DNA of 64,000 bases, from positions 96,001 to 160,000 of the forward strand of contig CAWCKW010000003.1 of NCBI GenBank assembly GCA_963796285.1, read 5' to 3'. The translations under genes were made by a program, and so were the position numbers. Source of the DNA: Nitrospirota bacterium (GTDB lineage: Bacteria; Nitrospirota; UBA9217). The notes beneath the pieces were generated by a model. That model searched no databases. It saw nothing but the letters and a program-made list of their open reading frames with translations, and had not been told where the DNA came from. Below, piece after piece: positions 21,536-30,818 of the stretch; the first letter of the stretch is position 1; each line of letters opens with the position of its first letter.

Positions 21536-21927
21536 GCTGCGCTTTTGCAGTCGTATATTAACCAATAAGAGGGTATTAGTCAACTCCCAATAGTGCTCTC
21601 AATAGCCCTTCATAGTCCCCTTGATTTCGCTAAAGCCCAGCATGTTTATGTGTGGGTCTCCAAAAAAGTTGGGTTATTACACTACACTGTCAACTTAGTA
21701 GCAGGTATGCCCATTACTGCCTTTTACATCTCTGTTGTATCATTGATCATTGATATCCCGATTCACCAGCCTTTTTTCCAACAACCATTCCTGCTGGTGA
21801 TATAATTTAATCAGAAGATGTTTTCGGAAAGTGAGGTAGGGGGCGAGGGATGAAAATAGTAGCCCGCAGTGAAGAACGGCAGTTGCAACCATTCTGAAAC
21901 GATGTGCAAAAGAAAGAGGTGATGGTT

Positions 21928-22473
21928 ATGAAAGAGGAAACCACAAATAGGAAACGCTCCATCCTGAAGCCGGTCCTGATGGGCAGCGCAGTAGGGGCAG
22001 GTATAGCTCTCCTGATTGCGCCGAAATCGGGAAAGGGGATCAGGAAAGATCTGAAGCGGTTCGCAGCGAACACGCGGGACCAAATTGCCGATGTCATTGA
22101 CGAAGGCAGGGACCTCTATGAAGAAGGCACGGATTTTGTCGCTGGAGCCATAAAGACGGGCAAGGAAACATACACCGAAGGAACGAAAGGGATTCAGAGG
22201 CTCATTTATAAAAAAGAGCGGTCGCTCATGGCGCCCATCCTGGCAAGCGGTGTCATCGGGGCGGGCATCGCACTCCTGCTGGCGCCGAAAGCGGGAAGGA
22301 AGGTCAGAGGAGACCTGAAGAGGATCGCCGCGAACACGCAGGACAAGATCGCTACCGCTATTGACAAGGGCAAGGCCCTATACACAGAGGGGAGAAAAGG
22401 CATACTTGAAGCCGTGGAAGCGGGCAAGAAAGCGTATGTGCATGAGAAAGGGAAGTTCCGGCATGCGATGTAG
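21928..22473 (+). CDS. YtxH-domain protein with two tandem YtxH domains
   Basis: GAGIALLIAPKSGKGIRKDLKR and GAGIALLLAPKAGRKVRGDLKR. Confidence 0.88.
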   Translation: MKEETTNRKRSILKPVLMGSAVGAGIALLIAPKSGKGIRKDLKRFAANTRDQIADVIDEGRDLYEEGTDFVAGAIKTGKETYTEGTKGIQRLIYKKERSLMAPILASGVIGAGIALLLAPKAGRKVRGDLKRIAANTQDKIATAIDKGKALYTEGRKGILEAVEAGKKAYVHEKGKFRHAM

Positions 22474-22558
22474 CGGAATGTACTGTTACGAGCGTCTTGC
22501 GGCATAAGGTGTGCGCTTAAAGATTCAGAGAGCCCTGTTCGGGCGGCTTATGAGTGAC

Positions 22559-22590
22559 AAGGCATTGGCATGAAAGCTGATGCCTTTTTT
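22559..22590 (+). terminator. Intrinsic terminator after the YtxH gene
   Basis: AAGGCATTGGC-ATGAAA-GCTGATGCCTT followed by a T run. Confidence 0.75.
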
Positions 22591-22891
22591 ATAGGAAGGC
22601 AAGGTTGGAGGTATCGGGGAAGCGGTCTGGCCGGACCCCGGAATTGACATTCCCTCACGGAAGGTCAACGGATCCGCTTTACGCCTTTCTATCCAGCGTC
22701 CTGATCCCGGTATTTATTCAATGTTCACGTGTTTGAGCTCCGGCAGATCCGATTTTTCATCATGCTCCCCCTGCCGCCCTATCCAAAAGGCAGATTGTTC
22801 CCCGGTCACAGATGCGCGCCTTGCCTGTTGCATACGAAAAAAAAGCCCCCCGCTTGCGCGAAGGGCACCCTCAAATACCGTATTGCTGCGG

Positions 22892-23419
22892 TTATTTTAT
22901 GACACCGCAGGCAATCCTGCCTCCGCCACCCCCGAGTTTTTCAGGAACATCGGCGTAATTGTCGCCCCCTGCATGGATCATGAGCGAACGGCCTTTCACG
23001 TCCCCGGTCTTGAGGCGTGGCGCGACCATCGTGTCCGTCGCTTTGCCATCGGCCCCGACTTTCAGGAAGGGCAGATCGCCCAGGTGGCCCTTGCCAGCGG
23101 GACCTTCATGCTTGCCCGCGCCTGCGGGGTCGTAGTGGCCACCCGCTGCAAACCCGGGCGCCGGCTTTCCGTCCTTCATACCGACCGCGCACTCGGGCTT
23201 CTCATGGACATGAAACCCGTGGTTACCGGGCATCAATCCGCTCAGGGCCGGTGCGAGCTTGAGCCCTTGCGGCGTGTCCGTGAGCGTGACGGTCCCGATC
23301 GAGGCCCCCACCCCCTGATCGCTGATCAGGTTCATCTGGACCACGATCTCTTCGGCCGAAGCGGAGCCGGCCAGTACCAGCAAAGCAACGATCATAGCTA
23401 CATACACTGCGTATCTCAT
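22892..23419 (-). CDS. sodC: Periplasmic Cu/Zn superoxide dismutase
   Basis: Signal peptide; HGFHVHE, AGGHYDP, KHEGP..GHLGDLP, MIHAGGDNY, RIACGVI. Confidence 0.96.
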   Translation of the reverse strand: MRYAVYVAMIVALLVLAGSASAEEIVVQMNLISDQGVGASIGTVTLTDTPQGLKLAPALSGLMPGNHGFHVHEKPECAVGMKDGKPAPGFAAGGHYDPAGAGKHEGPAGKGHLGDLPFLKVGADGKATDTMVAPRLKTGDVKGRSLMIHAGGDNYADVPEKLGGGGGRIACGVIK

Positions 23420-23586
23420 GAAAAAACCTCCTTTAAAAGAAAGTTCGACCACATCAGGAGCAGGCCGTTTTATGGATCAATTATATCAGAAAAGTCCGGG
23501 GCCGGGATGAAGCGGTTGGATTATTTCACGTAGCCGGATATGACCGAAAACCTCTCGAACCATTGCTATGCAACGAAATAGGCACC

Positions 23587-24444
23587 TCAGGGTTTTCTGC
23601 GCTCAAGTTCTGCAATGATCTGGGCTCCCAGTAAAATAATAACAGCTATCGCCTCTAAACTGAGCAGGGCCACCACTGACGTAGCAAAAGAACCGTAGAT
23701 TACATTTACCGCAGAGAGGACTGAGTAATACCAGACCAACACACGGCGGGTGATCTCCCATAAAACCGTCGCGATCGTCCCTCCCAAAAGAGCGTGCCGG
23801 AACGTGATGCGCACCGCGGGCATGACCAGATAGAAGGAAGTCAGAAGCAATACCTCGCCAAGTATCCCGATCAGATACAGCACAACGAAGGAAGTGCCCT
23901 CAATGCTGAGGCCCCATCCAAATATGACTAACTGCCTGCCGTTGTGAGTCTCCATGGCACCCGCAATAAACGACACCAGCAGGATACCCAGGCCGATCAA
24001 AAAAATATATACGTATGGAATAATGAGGGACAGGAGAAAGTGCCGGTGTTGAGTTCTGAAACGATGAAAAAATATCACTGACATGGCGCTTTCGAGCACG
24101 GTAAAGGATATGGAACCGAAAAAGAGCATGGCCAGAAAGACAAAACTCCCGACCGTCTTACCGTGTTCAAGAAATACCTGCACTTGTTCGGTCAATGTAG
24201 CTGCATAGCCCGGTATTATCATTCCTATATATGTCGACAAGGTGTAATATAACTGGGCCTTCTCTATAAAATGTGACAGCACAATGAGGGCGAGGACCGA
24301 CAGGGGTACAATTGACAGCAGGGTATAATAGGCGATGGCTCCGGCAAGCAAGAGACCCTGATTGCGTCTGAAATCATGCAATACACTGATGAGGAAACCA
24401 ACGAGCCGATTGAGGAGCAAATATATATTTTTATGCTTTTTCAT
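23587..24444 (-). CDS. YihY/BrkB family membrane protein
   Basis: AGAIAYYTLLSIVP, Y..MP, IYGSFA, LLGA; multiple TM segments. Confidence 0.9.
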   Translation of the reverse strand: MKKHKNIYLLLNRLVGFLISVLHDFRRNQGLLLAGAIAYYTLLSIVPLSVLALIVLSHFIEKAQLYYTLSTYIGMIIPGYAATLTEQVQVFLEHGKTVGSFVFLAMLFFGSISFTVLESAMSVIFFHRFRTQHRHFLLSLIIPYVYIFLIGLGILLVSFIAGAMETHNGRQLVIFGWGLSIEGTSFVVLYLIGILGEVLLLTSFYLVMPAVRITFRHALLGGTIATVLWEITRRVLVWYYSVLSAVNVIYGSFATSVVALLSLEAIAVIILLGAQIIAELERRKP

Positions 24445-24609
24445 TGAAGGGATAAAAGAGCTAAAGATAAAAAGTAATTTGATGTGGGCATGATCAAGGA
24501 GAGAGAGCCGGATCTCTCTGCTCTTGTCCGCACTGTCGAGAAGAACGCCTAGTTACCGCTCTCCAGGACTTTTTTAAATTATAGCAGAAGATCCACGAAG
24601 GGGTGCGTG

Positions 24610-25865
24610 TCATTCCTCCAGCTCAGGCGTTCTATCGTTCGAGGACCGGCTGTTTTCACGGGCATACCCGGTCATTCCCATCATCAATCGCACTAAACCA
24701 TAACTGAGCCAGCTCATGAACCGGAAATAAGCGGTCTGCTGTTTCCAATTGTCCTTCAAGATCCGCTGGCCATCGGTTTCCATGGTCTGTTTCAGGCTTG
24801 TGCGCCAGAGTCGCGCCAAAGGCTTCGTCGTCAACAACGACATTCGCTTCGCGTGAAAGCAGCAGGCTGTATGGATCGATATTCGAAGACCCCACCGTCG
24901 CCCAATGCCCGTCGATCACCGCCACTTTGGCGTGCAGAAAGCTCTTGCGGTATTCGTAAATTTCAATTCCCCCATCGAGGAGATTGCCGTAGAGCGCCCG
25001 CGTTGCATAATGCTGGAGAAGATATTCCACCCTCCCCTGCAGCAATAATACCACCCGTACACCACGTCCGGCCGCGTTGATAAGCGCATGACGAAAATCG
25101 AGCCCCGGTAAAAAGTAGGCATGGGCGAGAATGATCTCGGATTCCGCCTGCTCGATCGCCCGCATATACGCCGTTTCAATGTCCCGGCGATGGCGGAAAT
25201 TGTCCCTCACCACGAATGCCGCGCTCATGCGCCCCCCGGTGGAGGTTGAACCAGGCAGGTCCCCGCCCCGGATCAGTCCCTTTGCGGAAATAACTCCACG
25301 CCACCGTTGACCACAGGCGCCGGGCGGAAAGGCGGATCACGTCCACCAGCGGCCCTTCCACGGCCACTGCGTAGTCGTAGCGAGGGGGCAGGTCGCCCGC
25401 CGCCCCTCGATCATCAATAATGTTGATCCCCCCGACAAAGGCGATCTCCCGGTCTACGACCGCGATTTTCCGGTGCATCCGGCGCAGGCGCTTGCGGCGA
25501 AACGTCCAGGGGGATATCTTGGGGCGGTAGACGAGCGCCTTCACCCCGTCTGTCCGCAAGTTGTCCAGCATGCTCCGCGGCAGGTCCTTGGACCCGTAGC
25601 CGTCGATCAGCACATAAACGTTTACGCCGCGCAGGGCAGCCCGCTTCAGCGCGTCCGCGATCCGTTGTCCGGTGGCGTCATTTTCGTAAATATACGTTTC
25701 AAGATAGATATCATACCTTGCCCGGTCGAACGCCGCCTCGATGGCGGGGAAAAAGGCCTCTCCGTTCTGCAACAGGGTAATCTGATTGCCCGGAACAAAG
25801 CCGGACAAGCTCGCGGGTCGGACTGCATGATACAAACTATGGCTATGTCGTTTCCCATGGGACAT
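24610..25865 (-). CDS. clsB: Cardiolipin synthase ClsB with two +1 frameshifts (~25278, ~24799)
   Basis: Two HKD motifs (MHRKIAVVD...FVGGINI; LHAKVAVID...VGSSNID). The three frames join by single-base removals. Confidence 0.9.
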
Positions 25866-25927
25866 AACACACTTACCTGTCTCTTTGATAGTTATGAGAG
25901 TGCAAGCTTTCGGCGGGAGAATTCAAA

Positions 25928-26800
25928 TCATAGTGATGCGATCCCCAGATACTTCATCGGGTTGTCCGCCGCAAACTGGATCGCCCGCTCCTTCGGCACG
26001 CCGAGCGTGATCAGGTTCTTCACCGCGTCCGCCAGCGCAATGCCGCTCCCCATAAGAGTGCCGCCAGCGCCCCGGATAGGGCCGCTTCCCCACTTCGGCC
26101 CTTTGACCGAATCGGAAATGAGGATGATCTTGTCAGGCGATTTCATATCCAACAGCATTTTGAGGCTCTGCGGGTGAAGATGGGCCATGTCCGCGATGAC
26201 CTCCACATGGATGTCCTCGTCCATGAGCCCGAACCCGGCAAGCCCGGGTTCCCGGTGGTGGAATCCGCGCATGGCGTTGAACACGTGGGTGATGCCGGTG
26301 GCGCCGGCGCGTTTGCCCTCCTCGGCCTGTTCAAAGGACGCATCGCTGTGGCCCATGTGAACGAGGAACCCTTTTTCGCGGCATAGCTCGATCACCCGGA
26401 GCGCGCCCGGAAGCTCCGGGGCAATGGTGATGATCTTGATGAGGTCCTCGAAGTCCTCGACAAGCCGCGAGAGCGTATCCACCGAAGGCTCAACAAAGCT
26501 TTTTCCGTCCATAGAGGCCGCTCGCTCGGGATTCAGGAACGGCCCTTCAAGATGGACACCGAGGATCCGGGCGCCTTCGCGCTGTATATCCATGGCGCGC
26601 CGCACCGCGGCCATGTTCTCGCGCATGGCCTCGATGGTGCCGGGATAGATGGTTGGAAGGATCGCCGATGTTCTGTGCGTCCCGTGAATTTCTGCCATCC
26701 GGAGGATATCATCCTGCCGCCGCGTCCGCGTGTCGTAATCACCCGCGCCGTGCACATGGATGTCGATCAGATACTGTTTGTTCCCGACTGCGTAGGCCAT
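25928..26800 (-). CDS. nagA: N-acetylglucosamine-6-phosphate deacetylase, short form
   Basis: IDIHVHG, HLEGPFL, TIAPE, GHS, THVFNAM, IADMAH, LISD. Confidence 0.85.
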   Translation of the reverse strand: MAYAVGNKQYLIDIHVHGAGDYDTRTRRQDDILRMAEIHGTHRTSAILPTIYPGTIEAMRENMAAVRRAMDIQREGARILGVHLEGPFLNPERAASMDGKSFVEPSVDTLSRLVEDFEDLIKIITIAPELPGALRVIELCREKGFLVHMGHSDASFEQAEEGKRAGATGITHVFNAMRGFHHREPGLAGFGLMDEDIHVEVIADMAHLHPQSLKMLLDMKSPDKIILISDSVKGPKWGSGPIRGAGGTLMGSGIALADAVKNLITLGVPKERAIQFAADNPMKYLGIASL

Positions 26801-26901
26801 GGGGACCTCACGTGAATAGTGCGCTATGCAACAGGCAAAATGCAAAAACCCGCTTCTTTATTTTGGAAGTTACACTTTGAAATTTGCAATTTGAACTGAT
26901 T

Positions 26902-27144
26902 CTACGTGATCTTCCCCCGCCGCGAGAAAAATTCGCTCAGGGCAAGCCGGACCACGGCCCCACGGTCCCAGGGCTGTTTCAGCTCCTTCGTGAGTTCTGC
27001 GGCCACCTCATCCAGCGCCGGAATATGTTCATCCTCAAGCTGGATCGTGACCTCCACCAGTCCGTGCTCGTGCTCCTCCTGCTCATCATGTCCGTGTCCG
27101 CAGTGTTCATCGTGCTTGTGTGCGTGGTCGTGCTTGTCGTCCAT
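26902..27144 (-). CDS. Small protein with a His-rich N-terminus and a ribbon-helix-helix-like C-terminus
   Basis: MDDKHDHAHKHDEHCGHGHDEQEEHEHG followed by EVTIQL, a helix, and DRGAVVRLALSEFF; RBS GAGG. Confidence 0.65.
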   Translation of the reverse strand: MDDKHDHAHKHDEHCGHGHDEQEEHEHGLVEVTIQLEDEHIPALDEVAAELTKELKQPWDRGAVVRLALSEFFSRRGKIT

Positions 27145-27299
27145 ACGATACCTCAAAAAATGCCAACGTTTTATGCTCAAATACGGGACACATAGAAAAC
27201 AAAATAAATTTCAGCGAACCGTTGATCATTGTCGTTTGCTTTGACATTTGGATTTTGATATTTGAACGTCTCTGTACATCCGTGTCTCCGCGGCATACC

Positions 27300-28226
27300 T
27301 CACAAGAGCACCCTCATCATCGCCGGCATCGTAAAGAACAGCGCCACGGTCGAGACGGTGATGCATGCGGCCGCGAGCGGCACATCCAGCTCGAACTCGT
27401 CGGCGATCACGAGCGAAAGCACCATCACCGGCATCGCGCCCTCAATGGTGGTCGCCTTGAGCACCCCGGCCGTCATCCCGAGCCGCGAACCGATCCACCA
27501 CGCCAGGGCCGGTGCAAGCACCAGTTTGATCGCAAGCGCGGGTACGGCTATCAGAAGCCGCTTCACGTCATGGAAATCGAGTGCCAGACCCACGGTGAAG
27601 ATCATGATCGGGACCACCGCCCTGCCCATGAGCCCAACAGCATCCTGTACCGGCTGCGGTACTGCGACCCCGGCGAATCGGACTGCTATACCCGCGGCCG
27701 CCCCCCAGAGGGGCGGGAGCAGGAACACGCGCTTGAGCGATGCGCCGATGGACACGGCCTTGCCGCTCCCGTACCGCGCGGCGATGAACACCCCGATCGT
27801 CAGCAGGATCGGTGTTGACGCGAGCAGATCGTAGAGGACCGCCACATAGCCATACTGTTCGCCGAGCATCTCGGTGATGACCGGAAGTCCCAGATACATC
27901 ACGTTGCCGAACGCGGCGGAGATGATCATGATCCCGACAGCGGGACGCGGTATATCCTTGAACCACGGCAGCAGCCGATAGGCCGCAAATCCGGCAGCGA
28001 TGGACGCCAGGACGACGAGTGCCCCGGTCAGCGGGATGGAAATGAAGCTCCGGTCGCTCGGGGCGCTCGCCATCAGGCCAAAGGCCAGCGCGGGAATAAA
28101 GAAATTGAACACCGCCACGCTGAGCGCATGACGCACCCGGTTACGGTCAAGCCCGCCGGGGTTGAAGAACCTCCACGCGTACCCCGCCGCGATGATTAGA
28201 CCGAATGAGTACAGGACCTTATTGAT
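27300..28226 (-). CDS. AEC (auxin efflux carrier) family transporter; start codon uncertain
   Basis: FIPAL.F, FGNVMYLGLPV, P.LW, IKLVLAP, AMP; about 10 TM segments. Confidence 0.88.
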   Translation of the reverse strand: MNKVLYSFGLIIAAGYAWRFFNPGGLDRNRVRHALSVAVFNFFIPALAFGLMASAPSDRSFISIPLTGALVVLASIAAGFAAYRLLPWFKDIPRPAVGIMIISAAFGNVMYLGLPVITEMLGEQYGYVAVLYDLLASTPILLTIGVFIAARYGSGKAVSIGASLKRVFLLPPLWGAAAGIAVRFAGVAVPQPVQDAVGLMGRAVVPIMIFTVGLALDFHDVKRLLIAVPALAIKLVLAPALAWWIGSRLGMTAGVLKATTIEGAMPVMVLSLVIADEFELDVPLAAACITVSTVALFFTMPAMMRVLL

Positions 28227-28367
28227 ACCAGCTCCTTGCCGTTCATAATAACAAGCCTCTGCCGCGTCCGGCGACATCCCGGAAACCGCATAAACATTTT
28301 ACCTGCTTTTAAAAAAAGATACCAGCAAATGTTTCTGCTTTGGACGCCACGAAGTAGACGGATGTCT

Positions 28368-28397
28368 TTGACAAATGCGCTCGCTTTGACCTATAAT
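28368..28397 (+). promoter_or_regulatory. Consensus sigma70 promoter
   Basis: TTGACA-18 nt-TATAAT. Confidence 0.7.
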
Positions 28398-28458
28398 AGC
28401 GGACGAGAACGGGTACCCAAGGGCCCGGTTGGCCAATTCATTGTGCGGAGGTCAAAGA

Positions 28459-28707
28459 ATGTACCAGTTATGGATCGCAATAATCGCCGTGCTTATCATG
28501 GCAGGAGGATTGGGAGGCATCTACTATCTCATCATTAAGCAGAACGCGGTGATCGGGACCAAAGCCTTACAGTTCATTGCAATTGTGTTCGTTCTGCCCC
28601 TGATGCTCGCGCTTGGTGTGACAAACGTCATAGGCAGAGAGACCATCGGCCCGCTCATTGGTGTCATAATAGGATACGTGTTGGCCACCGGATTCAGCCA
28701 TGAGTAG
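28459..28707 (+). CDS. Small three-TM membrane protein
   Basis: RBS GGAGG; three hydrophobic segments. Confidence 0.7.
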   Translation: MYQLWIAIIAVLIMAGGLGGIYYLIIKQNAVIGTKALQFIAIVFVLPLMLALGVTNVIGRETIGPLIGVIIGYVLATGFSHE

Positions 28708-28912
28708 GCAAAATAAAACAGTCCATTACAGAGCATAGGGAGGTCACTGGGTAGGACGGGTAGAACGCTGCTGGATAAAAGGTTTTCCTTACCGCTGCTC
28801 AAATGCATTTTCCCCAACGCTTGACGTACACGTTTTTCTCGGTGTTCTCTGTGGTAAAAGCTTTTTTGCCTCTATTCGAATTTTTCATCCGGACGAGTCT
28901 GACACAGACCAT

Positions 28913-30181
28913 TCATCTTTGCTTCTCCATCCTGTCTTTTGGTATGAACGGTATCGTCAGCATGCCGGGAATGGTCATCATACAGACAATGATGAAAAAC
29001 ATCCTGTACCCCACCGCCTGCTGCAGCCAGCCGCTCACGAACCCCGGAAGCATCATGCCGAGGGCCATGATTCCCGTCGAGATGGCGTAGTGAGACGTTT
29101 TGAATCTTCCCTGCGCCGAATACATGAGATAGACCGTGAACACGGTGAACCCCAGCCCGTAGCCGAACTGCTCCATCGCCACGAGCGGATATACATAGCC
29201 GATGCCGGGCTGGGCATAGGCCATGTAGACGAAGAACAGGTCCGGCAAATGCATGGCGATCACCATGGGCCAGACGCAGCGCCTGAACCCGAACCGCGAG
29301 ATGAGCCAGCCTCCAAGGATCCCGCCGAAAACCAGACACAGAACACCTGCCGTGCCGTAAACGAGACCGACCTCTTTGGTCGTGAGACCCAGCCCGCCGA
29401 CACCCGAAGCGTCGAGAAGAAAGGGAGAGACCAGTTTCAGGAGCATGGCCTCGCCCAGGCGATAGAACAGGATGAACGCCAGCATCACGCCGACCTTCTC
29501 CTGCCGGAAGTAAGCGCTGAAAACCTCGCCAAATGACGCGGTCCCTTCCATTTCTTTCCCCGGACCACCTCTGTCGGACGCGGGGAACGGGAGCGAAAAT
29601 TTGTGATACACCGCCGCCCCCGCGAAGATCAAGCCGGATGCGACCATGACCGTCGACCAGCTCCGCGCGATATCGTTGCTCGATGTTTCGAGCGTACCCG
29701 CAACGTACACGAGAAATCCGGAGCCGAAGATCATCGCCAGCCGGTAAAACCCGGCCCGGAGGCCTACGAACAGGGCCTGCTCCTTCTCCGTGAGCGCGAG
29801 CATGTAGAACCCGTCCGTAGCGATGTCGTAGGTCGCGGAAATGAAGGCCCCCGCGCAGAACGCTGCCAGGGACAGGAAGAAGAACGCTTCCGTCCTGAGC
29901 GAAAAGGCGATGACGAACATGCAGAGACTCATCGCCGCCTGGGTACTGAGGATCCACTTCCGCTTGGTGGAATACACATCGACAGCCGGCCCCCAGAACA
30001 TCTTGAGGACCCAGGGGAGATAGAGCCAGCTCGTCCAGAAGGCGATGTGGGCATTGTCGATGCCCATGCGCTTGTACAGGATGACCGAGACCGTATTGAT
30101 CAACACGTAGGGGAGGCCTTCGGCAAAGTAGAGCGTGGGAAGATAGGACCAGGGGGTGCGGAAGGTACGTTGTTTTTTCAT
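28913..30181 (-). CDS. AmpG-like MFS transporter
   Basis: LYFAEGLPY, LPWVLK..W.P.VD, SATYDIATDGFY, SHYAI.TG.MALG. Confidence 0.85.
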   Translation of the reverse strand: MKKQRTFRTPWSYLPTLYFAEGLPYVLINTVSVILYKRMGIDNAHIAFWTSWLYLPWVLKMFWGPAVDVYSTKRKWILSTQAAMSLCMFVIAFSLRTEAFFFLSLAAFCAGAFISATYDIATDGFYMLALTEKEQALFVGLRAGFYRLAMIFGSGFLVYVAGTLETSSNDIARSWSTVMVASGLIFAGAAVYHKFSLPFPASDRGGPGKEMEGTASFGEVFSAYFRQEKVGVMLAFILFYRLGEAMLLKLVSPFLLDASGVGGLGLTTKEVGLVYGTAGVLCLVFGGILGGWLISRFGFRRCVWPMVIAMHLPDLFFVYMAYAQPGIGYVYPLVAMEQFGYGLGFTVFTVYLMYSAQGRFKTSHYAISTGIMALGMMLPGFVSGWLQQAVGYRMFFIIVCMMTIPGMLTIPFIPKDRMEKQR

Positions 30182-30322
30182 GCAGTAGAGAGTAGCAGAT
30201 TGTCAGAAAAACATCCAGAAAAAACAATTGGTGAGGGCGTGGTGATGTCATTGAAACACGTCATTTATCTTTTAACCGGACCGCCAAGATATCGCAGGTT
30301 TCGAGCGTGCCGCATTGCGCTT

Positions 30323-30769
30323 CTACTCCTTTTTTTCTTTCTTAACTGCCGCTTTTTTCTCTTCTATCGCCTCAACCTTCACCAGGTCCAATGTTTTCTT
30401 TGCATCGGGGACCAACGCGCTGTCCGGATACTGTTCCAGAAATTTTTCCAGCCGCGTTATGGCAGCTTCTCTCTCACCCCTCGCAGCGCGTTCGACGGCC
30501 GCCTTGAACTTCGTCAGCTCTTCTTCCGTCACCAGTTCGTCATCGGTCTTGCCCTTCCAATAAAGCTTGGCGAATGGACCCTCCGTTGCGCCCCGCTCAC
30601 CTGCGACCCCCGCGCTCGGGGGCAACGTCATCTTCGGTACGATCGCTTCGATCTTCTTCTGGATCACCTTGAGCCAGTCCGCAAGGATCAGTCCCTTCTG
30701 TTCCCCGGCCAGGGCCGATGTACAGCACAGGGTGATAATTGTGAAAAAAATTAACAGCCTTTTCAACAT
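30323..30769 (-). CDS. Secreted protein with a C-terminal TPR-like hairpin
   Basis: Signal peptide; VAGERG; LYWKGK; F...YPDS.L..DA...L. Confidence 0.7.
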   Translation of the reverse strand: MLKRLLIFFTIITLCCTSALAGEQKGLILADWLKVIQKKIEAIVPKMTLPPSAGVAGERGATEGPFAKLYWKGKTDDELVTEEELTKFKAAVERAARGEREAAITRLEKFLEQYPDSALVPDAKKTLDLVKVEAIEEKKAAVKKEKKE

Positions 30770-30818
30770 TACTCCTTCCTGAGGGGAAACAGGAATCCTG
30801 CTTCGTGTATCTGAGGTA

